The notes under the pieces: model-generated
The model's database searches: none
The model's input: only the letters and a program-made list of their open reading frames with translations
What the model was told of the DNA's origin: nothing
Translations under genes and position numbers: made by a program
Source: Schmidtea nova
Taxonomy: Eukaryota
Direction: 5' to 3'
DNA: 64,000 nt
Assembly: GCA_044892505.1 (NCBI GenBank)
Contig: CM097883.1
Location: forward strand, 440,758,001 to 440,822,000
Shown here: piece after piece, positions 28,001-43,000 of the stretch
Position numbering within the stretch: position 1 is the stretch's first letter
Layout: every line of letters begins with the position of its first letter

Positions 28001-31000
28001 GGTCTTAGAAGGACTCAAACCTTTGAGTCCTTATGTGCGCGCATTATTTGGATTATTATTTTATTCATTTAAGCATTTTATAAGATTGAATAAAAATGAT
28101 ATGCCGTTTAATAGTATTAAATCTAAAGGACATATACTAAACCAAGAAATTTACATCGCCTAAATTGAAAAACAAATTTTAGTAAATTTAATGCATTTAA
28201 ATAACATTAAAATTACATAAATTAGTGAAATGTCTACAAAATGTAATACATAACATTAAGAAAAATAATAATTAGTATTTATTGTACTCATAAACACGCT
28301 AAATGTTACAAAATTTATTCTGTTATATGCAGAAAAATGTGTAACGCATTTGAGTGATGCATACACACACATATGCAGCCAAACTCATGGGACGACTAGA
28401 GAAATGGATAATAAATACATTCGAATGTACGCATGAACACACGATGTTAAGTCAGCCCTGGCTCTCTACGATAACTAGTATACCAAAATCTATCATATTG
28501 TGTCTCTTACAATAAAAATAAATTACTTGGTGAATCGGTGTTATAAAAAATGCATTCAAAAGAAAACGTGAGTATATGACCCAGGCGTAGAAGAAGCACT
28601 AGATCAAATTATTTTTATAGTTACAGGATAAGGTGTGACTATTAGTGATCCAGTATTGAAAGAGAAATCAGAAGAGTTAGATGAAACTGGAAAACATAGA
28701 TTTTAAAACAACCTATAGTTGGCTGTCTAGATAGAAAGACACAGTATCATATTTACACTGGAACGGTATAAAAATGAAAAAGTTATATTTTTAAGAATTT
28801 TTGTGCTTTTCGCATTTACAATGTTGATGAAATCGGCCTCTATTATCATCTTAATTTAAACTTTCCTTGTCTTTATTAAAAAATTGCACGAAAAAAGACG
28901 ATAAAAAAGACGATACATCGCATTACTGTTATGCTATACAAATTTTCTAGGTATGGATAAAAGAAAGCTGCTGATTATAGGAAATAGTGCTAGACCTCGA
29001 TCCTTTAAGTGGATAAGAATAGTATTTATCAGTGGAGTGCCGTGCTAACAAAGATTTGCGATGACATCTGAATTTTTTCGGAATTGGCTTAAGAGCTGCG
29101 GTTTAAAATTACAGCTTAAACAAAGGAAGGTGTTGCTGTTTGTTGGCTATCGTGCGGAACATTCTCGTTTAGATAATCTAGAACATATAAAATTGGAAAA
29201 TTGTCCTACTAATACCATATCATAAAAATTTGAAGACATTTAATAGACAAAAATTGCTTTAATTACAGAATCGATTGATGAAAAATTATTAATAATTTAC
29301 TCAGCAGTCAGAGAGATTAGTGAAAAAACTTCTGGCGAGCTCTAAAAAACAACACAATTCAGAATTGCTTTGTTCTTCGCGGCATGAAAATCAAAATTTT
29401 GAGCAATGTGATAAATGAGGATGTTAAAAATATCTATTCTTAAGTATTTTCGACATTAGATAACAATTTATAATGTTACGATAAAAAGAAGACTGTAACA
29501 ATGCAATTGTTGAAGTAATTAAATACAAACTTCAAAAATTAGACGAAGATGGCGATGATAATGATGATCAACCTTTACCAGTGACTAACGAGGCTAAAAG
29601 TATATTCGATGTGTTGTATTTAATGCTAATTTTGAAGCTGTATATAATAATTTATGTATGTTGTTTGGTATGTGAGTTATAATTTAAATTTATTTAATTG
29701 TTATGTTATAATTATAAAAATTATAAATATATTATAATTATATTATAATTATAAAATTTAACCCACCAAAGATTTAAGGATTCACTGTATAATTATAATA
29801 TAATTTATATAGTTAATATATAATATACTATATAATATAATTTATATAGTTTAGGGATAAATGGCTTGTACCAGATCGCTCACTTCCCTCTACTATGCTA
29901 TTCTAAACCAATAAACTGTTAAAAGCTTCAGAAACTATAAGTATTATCCAATTATATCATTAGAAATTTTAAAAATTTATAAATAATTTGATTTTCATCC
30001 TATATGAGTATCTGGTAAATATGAATTTTAGGTTTGAAGTGACCTTTTCCCAAAACTAAATAAAATTAATTTTTGTCATTACTTATGAACAAAAGTGAAT
30101 CTTTCTATGATAATGGACCATGGGGTAACAAAAAAGTCACTTTAACGAACTTTTCCGCCCTGAATAGAACAGGTTTTGGCACGCCTAGGATATTTAATGC
30201 TTGTAGTTTTAAAAAGACATTTTACTACTAAATTAAATTAAATTCTTTAGTTTTATTTTTCTAATCAGACGAAATATTTATTAATACAACAATAAAATCT
30301 TCACAAAGGATGAAGTAAACAATTGCTGGATGACCAGACAACTAGCGACTTATTGATTCTGGTATGCCCTTTTATAGATGGTGACATAATTATCTCTGAC
30401 CCCGGTTCTTTAGGAGAAGAAGCCTTGGCAACTAGCTGATTTCCAAATCCGCTTTTTAGGTATATAATTCTGCATTTTTAGCCTGCGGCTATTCTATCGC
30501 ACTTTAGTGGGAAAAATTCTCTCTGATGTCTGTGAACGTAATCAATGCACGAAAATTGTTAGTTATGAACCATCATTATGTGTCAAATCATGTTGTGCAT
30601 AACCTTTATGTGCACAATACCTATGGGCAAAATTCACCTCTGTGTAACATGTCTATGAACAACAATTGTTATGTGGAACACAAAAATTTATTCATGCAAC
30701 AATATCACTATGTGGAAAACAAAATGGCTCATGACCCCAAACCGCTATGTGCAGAAATGCCCACCAAAATCGACGTGCGAAAAAAATAACTCATGACCCT
30801 GAATCGTTATGTGCAACCTCGTCTAATATAATAAAAACCTATATAATAAATCTAATTTTAACACTCGAACTCACCATCTCGTGAAGCTAAAAAGTCCCAC
30901 GTAGACGGCTTGGGCCCTCGCAGCGTGAGCTACTGATGAAGCTTTATCTATATTTAAAAATGCAATAATGAAAATCAAAAATATAAATGATACTAAAATC

Positions 31001-34000
31001 TATTGACGAAAAGAAATCATAAGGCATAAAACACAAAATAATAATAACAATTACTTCCCGATTTTCTGATTCAGTCCGTTCTACACGAGTATTTATTAAA
31101 TTCTAGTGATTGCGTTAGAAACAGTTAAATCGCTCTACGCTCTCAAAAATTAAGTTCTGTTTTTATGATTTTTGGGTCGGTATTTATACTGATCGTGTTG
31201 GTGGGATTGGCCAATCAGGATCAGGCCGCCCTTCAAAGTCGGTTTCATTATTTTTAATTAGCTTTAACCGATTTTATTTCAGTTTCGGATTTTCATGCCT
31301 GGTGGTCCTACTTTTTAGGGTAATTATTCAATAAAATGCATTTTTATTTATTAATTTTTATGTAATTTTTGAAGTTTTATTCTAGATCTCCTGATTTGGC
31401 GGTTCTCTGCCAATTCAGACTTATTTTACTTCCATGGGTACTTTATTATTTTCCTAACTATTATTATCTTTTTCTTTAGGCATTTTATGTTCAAATGGGT
31501 TATTTTATAATTATTTTGTTTTTAATTACCACTTCTATATTTCATATTTTTGGATATTTGGCTGGCCCAACAGAAATATATAATCAAATTTATTAAATAA
31601 TTTTACGCTGTGAATTTTATTTCTGGAAACAATGACTAAAATTCACAGCCTGTATTTATATACCCAGATCGGATCTATTGATTTAAAAATTACGTTCATT
31701 GTAAATGAATCTACTTCTAAATAAATTATTTTCCATTGATATTCCAGAGATCATTAGATAAAAGAAACAATACATGATTGATATCTAAAAGGTGATGGAT
31801 ATTTTCTTTAATAGAAAGACAGTCAAATCATATAAGATATCAAATATATTGATTGGGCGATGGCGAATCAGTGGTTGATGCTGTAATCAGACATTATGAA
31901 ACTCCCAACAATAATTCAAATTCTATTTATTTAATTGTTAATTTATTTAATTTTATGTTTATCTCGGACTGCATGCTCCACCAAAGATAGAAATAAATTT
32001 AGTTTGGAATCAATTTATGTGCAATTGCGTTTAGAAATAAAAATTTCAATTGTTGAATCTTTTTGTAATATTTCTATCGAAACATTTATAGACACAACAT
32101 ATATTCCTGAGTCGATGTAATTCGATAAAGTAGAAAAATAAAAGTATTAGAAAAGTGGTTAATAGTAATTTTATTAAATTAAAATCGAAATCGAAATTTA
32201 TATAGGTAACTGCTTTGATAGTGGTCATAACACTGTTATTTCTAGGTTAAAACAATTCGCAAATCTTAAAATCGAAATCGAAATTTATATAGGAAACTGC
32301 TTTGACAGTGGTCATAACACTGTTATTTCTAGGATAAAACAATTCGCAAATCTTAAAATGATAACTACTCGTTGGTTTATGTATTGGAAACATTTAGGTG
32401 TTAAATAAATGTGTTCAAAGGTGCATAAAGTAATGATAGTCTCAGTGAGATTTATAAATTTTATACAGGGTTATTCATAATTATATGCAAAATTATTATT
32501 ATTTATATTCAAAATTATTATAATTATATGCAAAATTATTCAAAGTTATATTCACAAATATTAAAAATTATATGCAAAAAATCACAAGATAAAATATAAA
32601 AAGATACAACATCATATGATAATTTTGTTTGTTTTTTTATTCAGATATATATAATGGTTGTTTTTATTATTCTTACATATAATTAAATTATGTTCTACTC
32701 TATGGATGACCAACAAGAATCTCATAACGATGAAAACAATGATGACACTCGACGAAAAAGAACTATTATAACACAAGAGACATTACGAAATATAAAGAAT
32801 ATGATGTTAATTGGCAAAACTGCTGCTTAAATCGAGTTAAATCTGGACTTATCGAAGAGAACAGTTTATAATTGGCTTGAAAAGCTGAGTGATTTCATGA
32901 ATGATAATGAAGATCTGAGTTCATTATTACACCAACCAGGGCCAAAACCAACGGAGATCACAGAAAAAGAAGTGACAATAGCTGAAGCAGTTCAAAATGA
33001 CCCAAGTTTGACGCAGAAAGGAATGGTCAACATTTTGGAGGGCAGATGCATGGTTATAATCCAACCAACCATTTCTCGAACTTTAAGAAAACTTGAACTG
33101 ACTAGGAAAAGGCTCGTTAGGATAGTCGACAGAAAGAATTCTAGTCCGGTAATTAATACTAGGAAAAATTTTGCCATTAGGTATCAGCTCAAATCTGATA
33201 GTAATTTAATCTATCTTGACGAAACAGGATTGAATCTACACTCAACAAGAAACTATGGGTATAGTCCGAAAAATACACCGGCGAGAGTGACAGTACCTAC
33301 ATTGAGAGGGAGGAATGTTTCGACATTGGCAATCATTTCTAATACCGGGATTTTACACTGGAAATCTATACAAGGACCTTATAATTCGGCGCTATTGGTC
33401 GAATTTCTAACAGAATGTTTAACGAAACAAATTTTTAGAAAAAATATTATTGTTTTGATGGACAATGTGAGGTTCCATAAAACGGATATCGTAAGCACCT
33501 TTTTTCGGAAAATAGCATTTTGTTAGATTTTTTACCACCTTACAGCCCAGAGTTGAACCCTATTGAGGAGGTTTTCGGCTCAATGAAAGCAAGATTTTAT
33601 GAAAAACGACCAAGGATGGAGAATGCGACGACCCTCAAGCAGTATGTGGAAGATGTTTTTATCGATATGAATTCAAATATTAACTTTGGTGAATTTTATG
33701 CGCATATACGCGCTTACTTGATGAAGGCGTTTAATGGTATACCGTTTTAAATAAAAAATTGAATTTGCTTGTCGCTAGAGTAAATATATAAACCGAAAAA
33801 ATAAACTAAAATTTTTCTGTATTGAGTTTTTTCACTATACTTCTATAATATATAAATCGTCGTATATATTAAAATCCAATTTAATAACGGTGAATATAAT
33901 TTTTAATATTTGTGAATATAACTTTGAATAATTTTGCATATAATTATAATAATTTTGAATATAAATAATAATAATTTTGCATATAATTATGAATAACCCT

Positions 34001-37000
34001 GTAAAAGCTAAGGCTTTTAACTCGAGATTATTTTGTACTGTGCAAAGAAGTTGAGGCCGATAAAATATCACTCTTACTTCATATTGTAATTAGATGGCTG
34101 AAGAATGTTCGCTCGTTTGTTGGAATTAAACAGATGTGTATAAAATGATCAAAAATCACATTTGTCTATTTATTTCGACTACACAAATTAGATCGCAAAA
34201 TTTTCATACTTGAGATATCTTATCTAGATTTTTTAAACCAATTAAATTTATCTATGCAAGAAAACTAATGCAAACCAAAATAAAACTTCATAGATGGATC
34301 CAAAAAAAGGTTGAATATTTTTTGAAATTTTTCCAAATTATTCTCAAATGATTACAGATGATTGTGAATTAAATAAATAACACGTAAATTTGTTAATATA
34401 ATATCATTTTCAAAATTTAATAAAAAAATTCCAAACAATGAACTTTATATTACAGGAAATTATCGATTCGAGGTTCCAATAATAACAGGCATAATACAAA
34501 TTTATCCACAATTATGCACACCTGTGTGAAAAGGTATTTTCTACAATGGTCAATAATAAGCCAAAACGTAATCGGCTAGGAACAGACTCTTTTATTCATA
34601 TAGCATTATGTAACGAAATTGAATTTTGAATGAATAAATTAGTGAAGTATGTTCAACAACAGAAGTCACATTAAAAAAACAGATTTAATTGTGTTAATTT
34701 TTGTTATTTTGATTTTATGATTATTTCTATATTAATGTTGCAATTTCAGTTTTGCGAAATTAATTCGCTATGTTAAATAAAATATCATATTAAGTTTTGC
34801 CTTTTAAGTTATTTAAGAATTATAACCCGTCATAATTCTCTGATGCCTTTAAAATCAATTTTTCTTCTTTTATTGTTCTAATTCATATTCAACAACTCCT
34901 AATCATAATAATAATTTCGGGTACGAGTACGTATGAAATGTTTTTACTCCGAGCATTAGAAGCACCATAGGATTTTTTAATTCAAATTTATTTAAATATT
35001 TTTTATTATAATTAAAAATTATTTTAATAAAATTTATATTTTACTTATAATAATCCATTGATAACCATACAGCGTTGTAGAGTCACTCACATACCTAATG
35101 AAATATATAAATAATATTATTCGACATTTATGAGTTTTTGTCACCATTCTACTCAATCGAAATTTCCGTAGTTACAACGGCTAAAACCAAAAGTGATACA
35201 AGTCTGCTTTCAAATAATTTTTTATTGCTAACTCATTTTTTTAAAATAATTTGGGACACTGATTTAGAGAAACATCGAGTAAAGTAACCCCGAAACTAAT
35301 AGTGAATAAGAATTAATTTTCAATCACTCATCAAACTATTCACAATGTTTTACAATCATTAGAATACCAATACTCAAATATTCAGAAAGAGAAAAACATT
35401 CAAAAGATTAACATAGAAACTGAAAAAAATTAGATTTGATGATCATTAAAATAATAAATTCTTCCGTATTAAGAAAAAAAATCTTTATAGACTAGATCAT
35501 GGGTGGTCAACCTGCAAACCCGCGCCGCTATTTAAGTATTTAACAAATTACGTTTATTTTGTTTTTAGTGTAATATATTGTAACACAAACAACATCAAAA
35601 TTAAAATTAAGACAGAAACCTCACATCTTTCTACTTCCAATGTGTGTTTTCAGTTTATAACGGGTTGTATGTTCATTTTTTTCACATTTACACAAATGTA
35701 ACATGTTCAACTGCATTTAAATTAATTACTTACAAAAAAATTACAAAAAAATCAATAAGTATGAAATTAGCAGTAAAACAAAGTTCGAAAATTTGGAATA
35801 AAAGCAATTATCCTTTTCAGTGCGCCCATTGAAGCAATTCTGTTTGGTTATATCTTTGTTTACTAATAACATATAAGAAAAATATATATTTCTCAGAACC
35901 ATCATGTGTTGGTGATGGTTTATTATAAGAAAATATTGATGGTCTTATTTAATGAAAAATTAAAGCATCAATGTTTTAAGATTCGTTCGAAAAAAATATT
36001 TTATACTTTTGATGAATGAAATTATTAATAAAAATTTCAGATGATTGCAAGAGCAAACGACTCACCTAAACTTAGTCCGTAAACCACACTTTGAGAACCT
36101 TGGTCTAGTTATTCTAATGATCAGATTTTAAAAAACAAAAATTAAATGTAATTATTATATTTTAAAATATTGTATGTGAACGTTTAAGAGCAAACTCATT
36201 ATTGCGGGAGCGGCAAATTTTCGATTGTGAAAAACATAATTTTAAAGTGTCCAAACAACGTCTCCAAACAGTTTGTCAAATATAATGATTACTGTTAAAT
36301 TAATAGTGAGAATGACACTCTAAAACTAATTTTACAAATATTTTTATATCATCATGTTTTGAAAATTTCAGGCATTGATTTTGTCTGAATGTGAACTGAT
36401 AATATTATCTATTTAGAAATTGTAAAATTAAATTGATAACCAATTCCATTGCAGAATTCCATTATTTTCATAATTTTTTTATTTGATTTTATTAACTTTT
36501 TATATGTTACGGTTTCAACATTGATGATTGCGAGCATTATTACTATATTCAAATAAATTGACTTTCATTAATTTTGAATCGATAAGGACTCTTTTAAAAA
36601 TTTCAGCATTGAACTACTAATCAGTACAACATTATTTAACTTCTGTCAGGAATTATGTTATTTTCATAATTTAAAATATGGTTTTTTTCTCGACGTTCCT
36701 TGCTATATTTTGATACTAATTATGTCATGAAGGATAGACTTCAACTGCAAAATTAAGTAATTTAGTGAACCCATTCAAACAGCAATCTTATACTACACAA
36801 TATTGACATAACAAAAAATAGAAATTCAAGAAATTCAAGAATAATTGCAATTTAATGTACCAAAAACTAGTTTAAAATAATCCGATTTAAAGTATTATAC
36901 GGTTCCATTTAACGGAATACATCTGGAAGCATATATCTCAAGTGATAATAGGTTACTCGATCATAATGGTTACGGATTATTAGAGAAAAATGAAATGCGT

Positions 37001-40000
37001 TAATAAAGAACTTTAACAGAACGACAAAAAACAAGGAAGATCATTTGAATCATTATTTATTTATCAATATACAATTTAAATAAAGTATTAAATAAAAATG
37101 GCAATTTATTCATATAAATAAGAGAACACCTTTTTTTTAAATATATTATTGCAATATATTTCAACAGCTTAGCTGTCATCATCAGGCTTTCCACAATCTC
37201 AATAAAATAAAAATTGATCTTAATTATACGCTTAATAGTGATTACATAATTACATGTGCATAATCCAATAAAACTTTTATTTACCCTAATAATTTTATTA
37301 GGGTAAATAAAAGTTTTATTGGATTATGCACATGTAATTATGTAATCACTATTAAGCGTATAATTAAGATCAATTTTTATTTTATTGAGATTGTGGAAAA
37401 CCTGATGATGACAGCTAAGCTGTTGAAATATATTGCAATAATATATTTAAAAAATGGTGTTCTCTTATTTATATGAATAAATTGCCATACAATTTGGCAT
37501 TTTTATGTTCCTGAAAGATAATATACAAAGCTTAATAGACTTAAAAGCGTATGAGATAAACAGCAGGTCTACGAAATTTTGGATCAATTTTATAGATAAT
37601 TAATGATTGTATCATTAAATGTGTTAAATATTTTTGAATTTTGAATAACTCTTAAAGAAACTAATTAAAGTGTTCTCGACCTGAGGTCTTAGCCATATAG
37701 AAGTCGAGCAAGGTCTATTTTTAATATTTGTAGAGAACGTAATTTCATTCATTTTAATCGCATGAAAATGATCAAAATACCATTACGCTGATTTATAGCA
37801 AAAGTGTATTCGTAGTGTCAAAAATGTGTACGTAGTGATCTAAAACGTTTTATTAAAATGCAGAGAAATATTATTAACAAATATTATAATTATTATTTTT
37901 TATAATTAAGTAATAGACAATGTTGAAAAATTAGGTTGGTAGTTAAGTTATATTAATAGAAATTTCTAATTTGGCCATTATTTGTGGATTCTTAAAACTG
38001 AGTTTATATAATGGTCAAGCGTAAAAGATTTTATCTGTATGTAATACGTCATTCTCTTCACTTTTAAAAATATAGTTTAGTTTGGATGTTATGAATAAAT
38101 TATATCGTTGGCATGAATGTAGTAAAAATTAATAGATAAGGTATACACTTTCAGGTCGCAAGGTTTAGATATCGCTATTAAAATTGATTTATGTACAATA
38201 TTCCTAAATCGAAAATATAGTACATAGGAAATAAAAGTATTCAATAAAAATCTAATTTTTATGAATAGAATTTCACAATACAGCAGTTATGCTGATTATT
38301 TAAATAATTAGTTGTTTAAATATTCGACATTGTTTGCTGTTGATTTAAATAATAGAAATTATGATGGATACTAAGAGTTCTGATATCAATGTTATTAAAT
38401 CCGATGTAACTGGCAACTCCGCCGAATAAAATAAAGTTAAAGAAAATATGTAAAAATATGAACAAAATGTTAATGCATTTTGTATACAGAAAATATAATT
38501 ATTCTTGTGTATTTTTTCATTCAAAAAATAAAAATGATATGTTGATAAAAATGTACCTCCTTAAAATATAAGATATTTTTATGAAATACAAAATTACCGT
38601 AGGCTTTAGATACGATAAACAACACATGCTATTACTCATAATTTCCTTATTTATTGGCTTTTCTTGGTAGAGACTAATATTCGGAGAGCGATCACCAAGA
38701 AAATGACTCAGGAAAATTGTTAGCTGCCTCATAACCTACAAATGAGCGTTCAACATATATATGTTTTGGTGGTCCTGATATTGAATTGGGTTTCGGACCG
38801 CTTTGAGAGCAAATATTCGATGCAGATGGATTGAGACTATATTCCACATTAGTTGAAAGTAAAGGAGGTTTAGACGAGGACAACCACAGTGGCGAGCACG
38901 ACTGCATAAAACATGTAGAGGTAGAAGATGATTTATTTGAGTTTATTGTGACATTATTAATGGTTGGATAACTTGTTGGAAGTGGCGAAGACACTAATGA
39001 ATCGGTGGCGGAAGACATTAAAACAGTAGATGAAATTTCTGACGATTTCATTAAGGATTCTGAGAGAGGAAGCTCACATGTTTGTCGTTCGCAATCGTTA
39101 CTATTTTCAGTAATATCAATACAGTTTGAGTATTTTTGAAGGAGGCAATTGAATGATGATATTGCAGTTGACTTAGAGTCTATCGATGATAAATTATCCA
39201 GACAACAACAGGCCTGATTAACCGGCGTAGTCGGCTCTATAGGTTTGATTGACCGAGATTGTGTAGTGATTTTCGAACGTTGACCAATTAGATATAGACA
39301 AATTGATAAGGCAAGCTTAACAGCTTCATTGTGTAATCCATTACTGCGTAACGCTAAAAGTCTGAGACATGATAATGGCAATTGCTCTGGCCAAACATGT
39401 TGACATCATCTTTGTCATTGAAAATTTACTGTAAATGCGGAAAATCCCAGCTCATATCAGCTGCGATCAAAGCTAATCCGTTACAAAGTAATGATAGTGA
39501 TGACCTCATTTGCACTCCATTAAACCGAGAAGGATTTAAACAATCACGAATGTAGTAATATTCAGACATATAGACGTACCAGCAGCCTTTATACATTTTG
39601 GAAACAATCTTCTGGATGTATATAATTATCGAAACAAGCTACCCATAAACCTAGTCTAACAAATTGGCTAGGATATTCTAGTGTGGTGAAACGAATGCGA
39701 CTAAGTTGAAAAGAAATGCACCAGCAGCTAGATATAGAGCTAGTTTCAAATTGACACTCTTTTTTATCTCTTTGTCCATTTTTCGTAAATTAATTCGTAT
39801 ATTTAAAATTGTATTTCAAAAGATTTAATTTGAGAATAAGTAACAATGGAATATTCAAACAACATTAATTTTTTTAGTAATTAATAAACACAAGTTATTT
39901 AATAATTTACATAAAAAATAAAGTTACTCTATTTAATAGAGTCTATTACATAAAACTAAAAATAAATAAAGCTTTTGGAAATATTTTACAAAATTAAGTT

Positions 40001-43000
40001 ATTAAGTTACAAAAAACAAAATAATTATAACAAAATAATGATTTATCTGGGTTCAAATTGGATACGAGTTTTAACCATGGGTTTTTCCTGAGAGATCACC
40101 AAACTTGATGCGCTGAAATCGTCTGAAGCCAAAGCACAAAAGTCATTGTTTGTTGGCTTTGTATTTTTATTATGTCGTGAGGTACAAGCGCTTCACAGAT
40201 AATCATCAATTTTTAGACCACTACATATTTTAATAAAATTTGAATGATAATAATTCACTACTGGTATGGGTGATAGTCACGAGTGAGTGCTAGAATAAAT
40301 CGATGTCTATCATATTAATTAGCGTAAAAAAACAGTCCAACAGATGATCAAATAAATAGAGAAAATAGATCCTATTTTACTTTCCCTTTAAATTACAGGT
40401 ATGCTATTGTTTTCATTTTGTGTCAATCACAAGTCTGGTATATTTTTGAAATATAGTTGGAAAGTTGTACATGGATCATAAAATATAATTTTAATAATAT
40501 TTATTTTGAGCGGCTATTTTGAACTCTTGCTCAAAATCGTTCTTCTAGAATTTAAATAACGACTTTTATTATTGATTATATACAGATTCATTCATTTGTC
40601 AATATTGTGGGATTTTAATTTAAGTCACAAAACAATTAAATGTGCTTTACAGAAAACCATGTTTTAAGATTTTATTTGAAAACATTTTATTAAATATGCT
40701 GGTTTCAGTGAAAATTCGATTATTTATCAATTTTAAACAACAATCATTAAAATCAAATTTTATTGGTTGCTAAAAGATATCGGCAACATTTAAGCAATTC
40801 AACCGAATATAGAACGACATAACAGAATTTATTCCCAGTAGTAAGTAAAAAAATTTACTGTTGAATTTGATAGAAAACTTTGAAATTTTTTAAGATCATT
40901 ATTGGATTACAGTGAGACTAAATACGTGGTGCGCCCATTAAGTTCTTAGACTCGACAAGAAATAATTACTTTATAAAATATTCGTTGAAGGCGAATATAC
41001 TTATCTATGTATATGCAATGAAGTGTTTTTGTTTTTCTAAGCTGTTTTTTTAGAAAAAGAAATAGCGTTGTTTTGTTTTGTGTCAGAAAATTTCAGATAA
41101 TTTTGAATTTTGAAGCGTTATAAAGAAAACTAGCTTTTGAAGAAAACTAGTAGCCTAGAAATTATTGAACAATTGCAGGATGTTTACAAAAGTGAGTGCC
41201 CTGTAAAGCAACCATTTACAACTGGATTCGTGATTTTAAAAGTGGAGGCACTGGTACTTATGATTTGAAAAGCCTGACAGGATAGTGGAAGTTTGAAATA
41301 TCCCAAAACTTTCTATGAAAAGGACATTTTGGACTTGGTATCACAATGCCGAAAATGCTTGGAAGTTGGCAAAGTTTACATTGAGAAATAAACCTTTACA
41401 TAATGATTGTTTGTTGCTGAAAGTTTGAATAAAAACGACTGCTTAGTGGTTGTCGAATACTTATTTGGTACACCACTTAGATCGAGCATTTTTAATGAAA
41501 ATAATATAAACCGTATATACTTACATATTAGTTGAAAAATTTAATATAGTATCAAACCCTAAAATCAACATTTGACTTTTTTTCCGACCAAAAAAGCATC
41601 ATGTCTTCTAACTGGCAAAATATTACAAACTTTATAGTTATTATTAATATTATAAAGATTTTTAACTTAAATATTTTAACTCGTGTTTATTTTTATCCAA
41701 GATGAAAATCAAAACAAAGACGGATATAAAAGTTTTCGTACTATGTGATTTTTTATTGGATTTATCGTCAAAGTGGTATAGATATCAAAGTAAAAGATAT
41801 CATGCTTAAGGAAAAACAATTCATGTAAAGCTGGATTTAACACGTTAGCCGCCACAATACATAAGTCTTTTTGCCTCCTAGGCCACGTCGCTAAATCGAC
41901 ATTTTATATTATTTGAGTTGTTATTTCACTTACTCATCCCATTAAATCGAGTTTTTTCTTATAAAAAATGTTTTTTTTCTATGTGAAATGCATATGCTTC
42001 ACGCAGCCTTCCAGATCAAATACAATTATGCAACTAAGGTGCATCACATGGATGCATGACGAATTAGCACTACTAAGTGAGAGCTTATTTACTGTGTTGT
42101 TTATATAAAAAGTAAAAGTTGTGAAAAGAGGTACGTGCTGTTTTCACATGGTAAGTCTCATACAAATATTTAGTATTTTGAAATGTTTTGAGAACGTAAT
42201 TATTTCAGTAAAATGGATGACTGTGAAAGACAACAAGAAAAATTACAGAAAATTAGGACTTTTGGGTTGTTAGAGGTAAGAAATACCTAAAATATGGAAA
42301 AATAATTGGTAAATAATATAGAAAAATAAATAGAAAGGAATTAAAATAAAGAATATAAGGCAAAATATGAAAATGAGCCAGAAATTAAATGAAATTAAAA
42401 TAATAAAATACGAAAAAGAGTCAATCTAATCCCGAAGGATAACAAAGAAATTATAAAAAAAATTAATTAAAAACTAATTAAGAAATTTAGGAATTTAGGA
42501 ATTAATTTAGAAAAATATTAGCTATTTATTTGGTCAATAAAAAAGAATAAAAGTTACTAAATTGAGGCGGCGTATTCACTCTGATTTAGTATAAAAATAG
42601 CTAGCCAAATCAGTACCTTAACTATATAGCTCTACAATCTCAAAATATTTTCAAAGACTCAACTCAACCTTTTTGTCAATATTACTATTAGAAATGTTTT
42701 AACTATTATCGATTGTGAAAACACCAAACCATTACAGCAGCCGTTATTAGTTTAACCATCGACAGCATTTGTGAACTGTAAACAGAAAAGAAATGCTGAG
42801 ATACTGAACTGAAATAAACAAGTTCATCAAAAGATATGACAACCAAAGTAGTGAGATGTGAGCCCGCGGGAACAAAGACATTTACCATACAAATGTTTTA
42901 TTAATATTTAACATAGAAGAATTTTTTTAATTAAGTTTACAACATTGGGTTTTTGAATAAAATTTTATTCTCTACAAAACTGTCGGATTAGAATTTCAAA

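Noticed and set aside
30880-30950. CTGATGA with GC-rich upstream sequence as a possible hammerhead
   Set aside because: No stem II-GAAA and no UH cleavage triplet in any permutation
35498-36103. Possible hAT MITE
   Set aside because: The two ends match different hAT TIR types and the 8-bp TSD is poor
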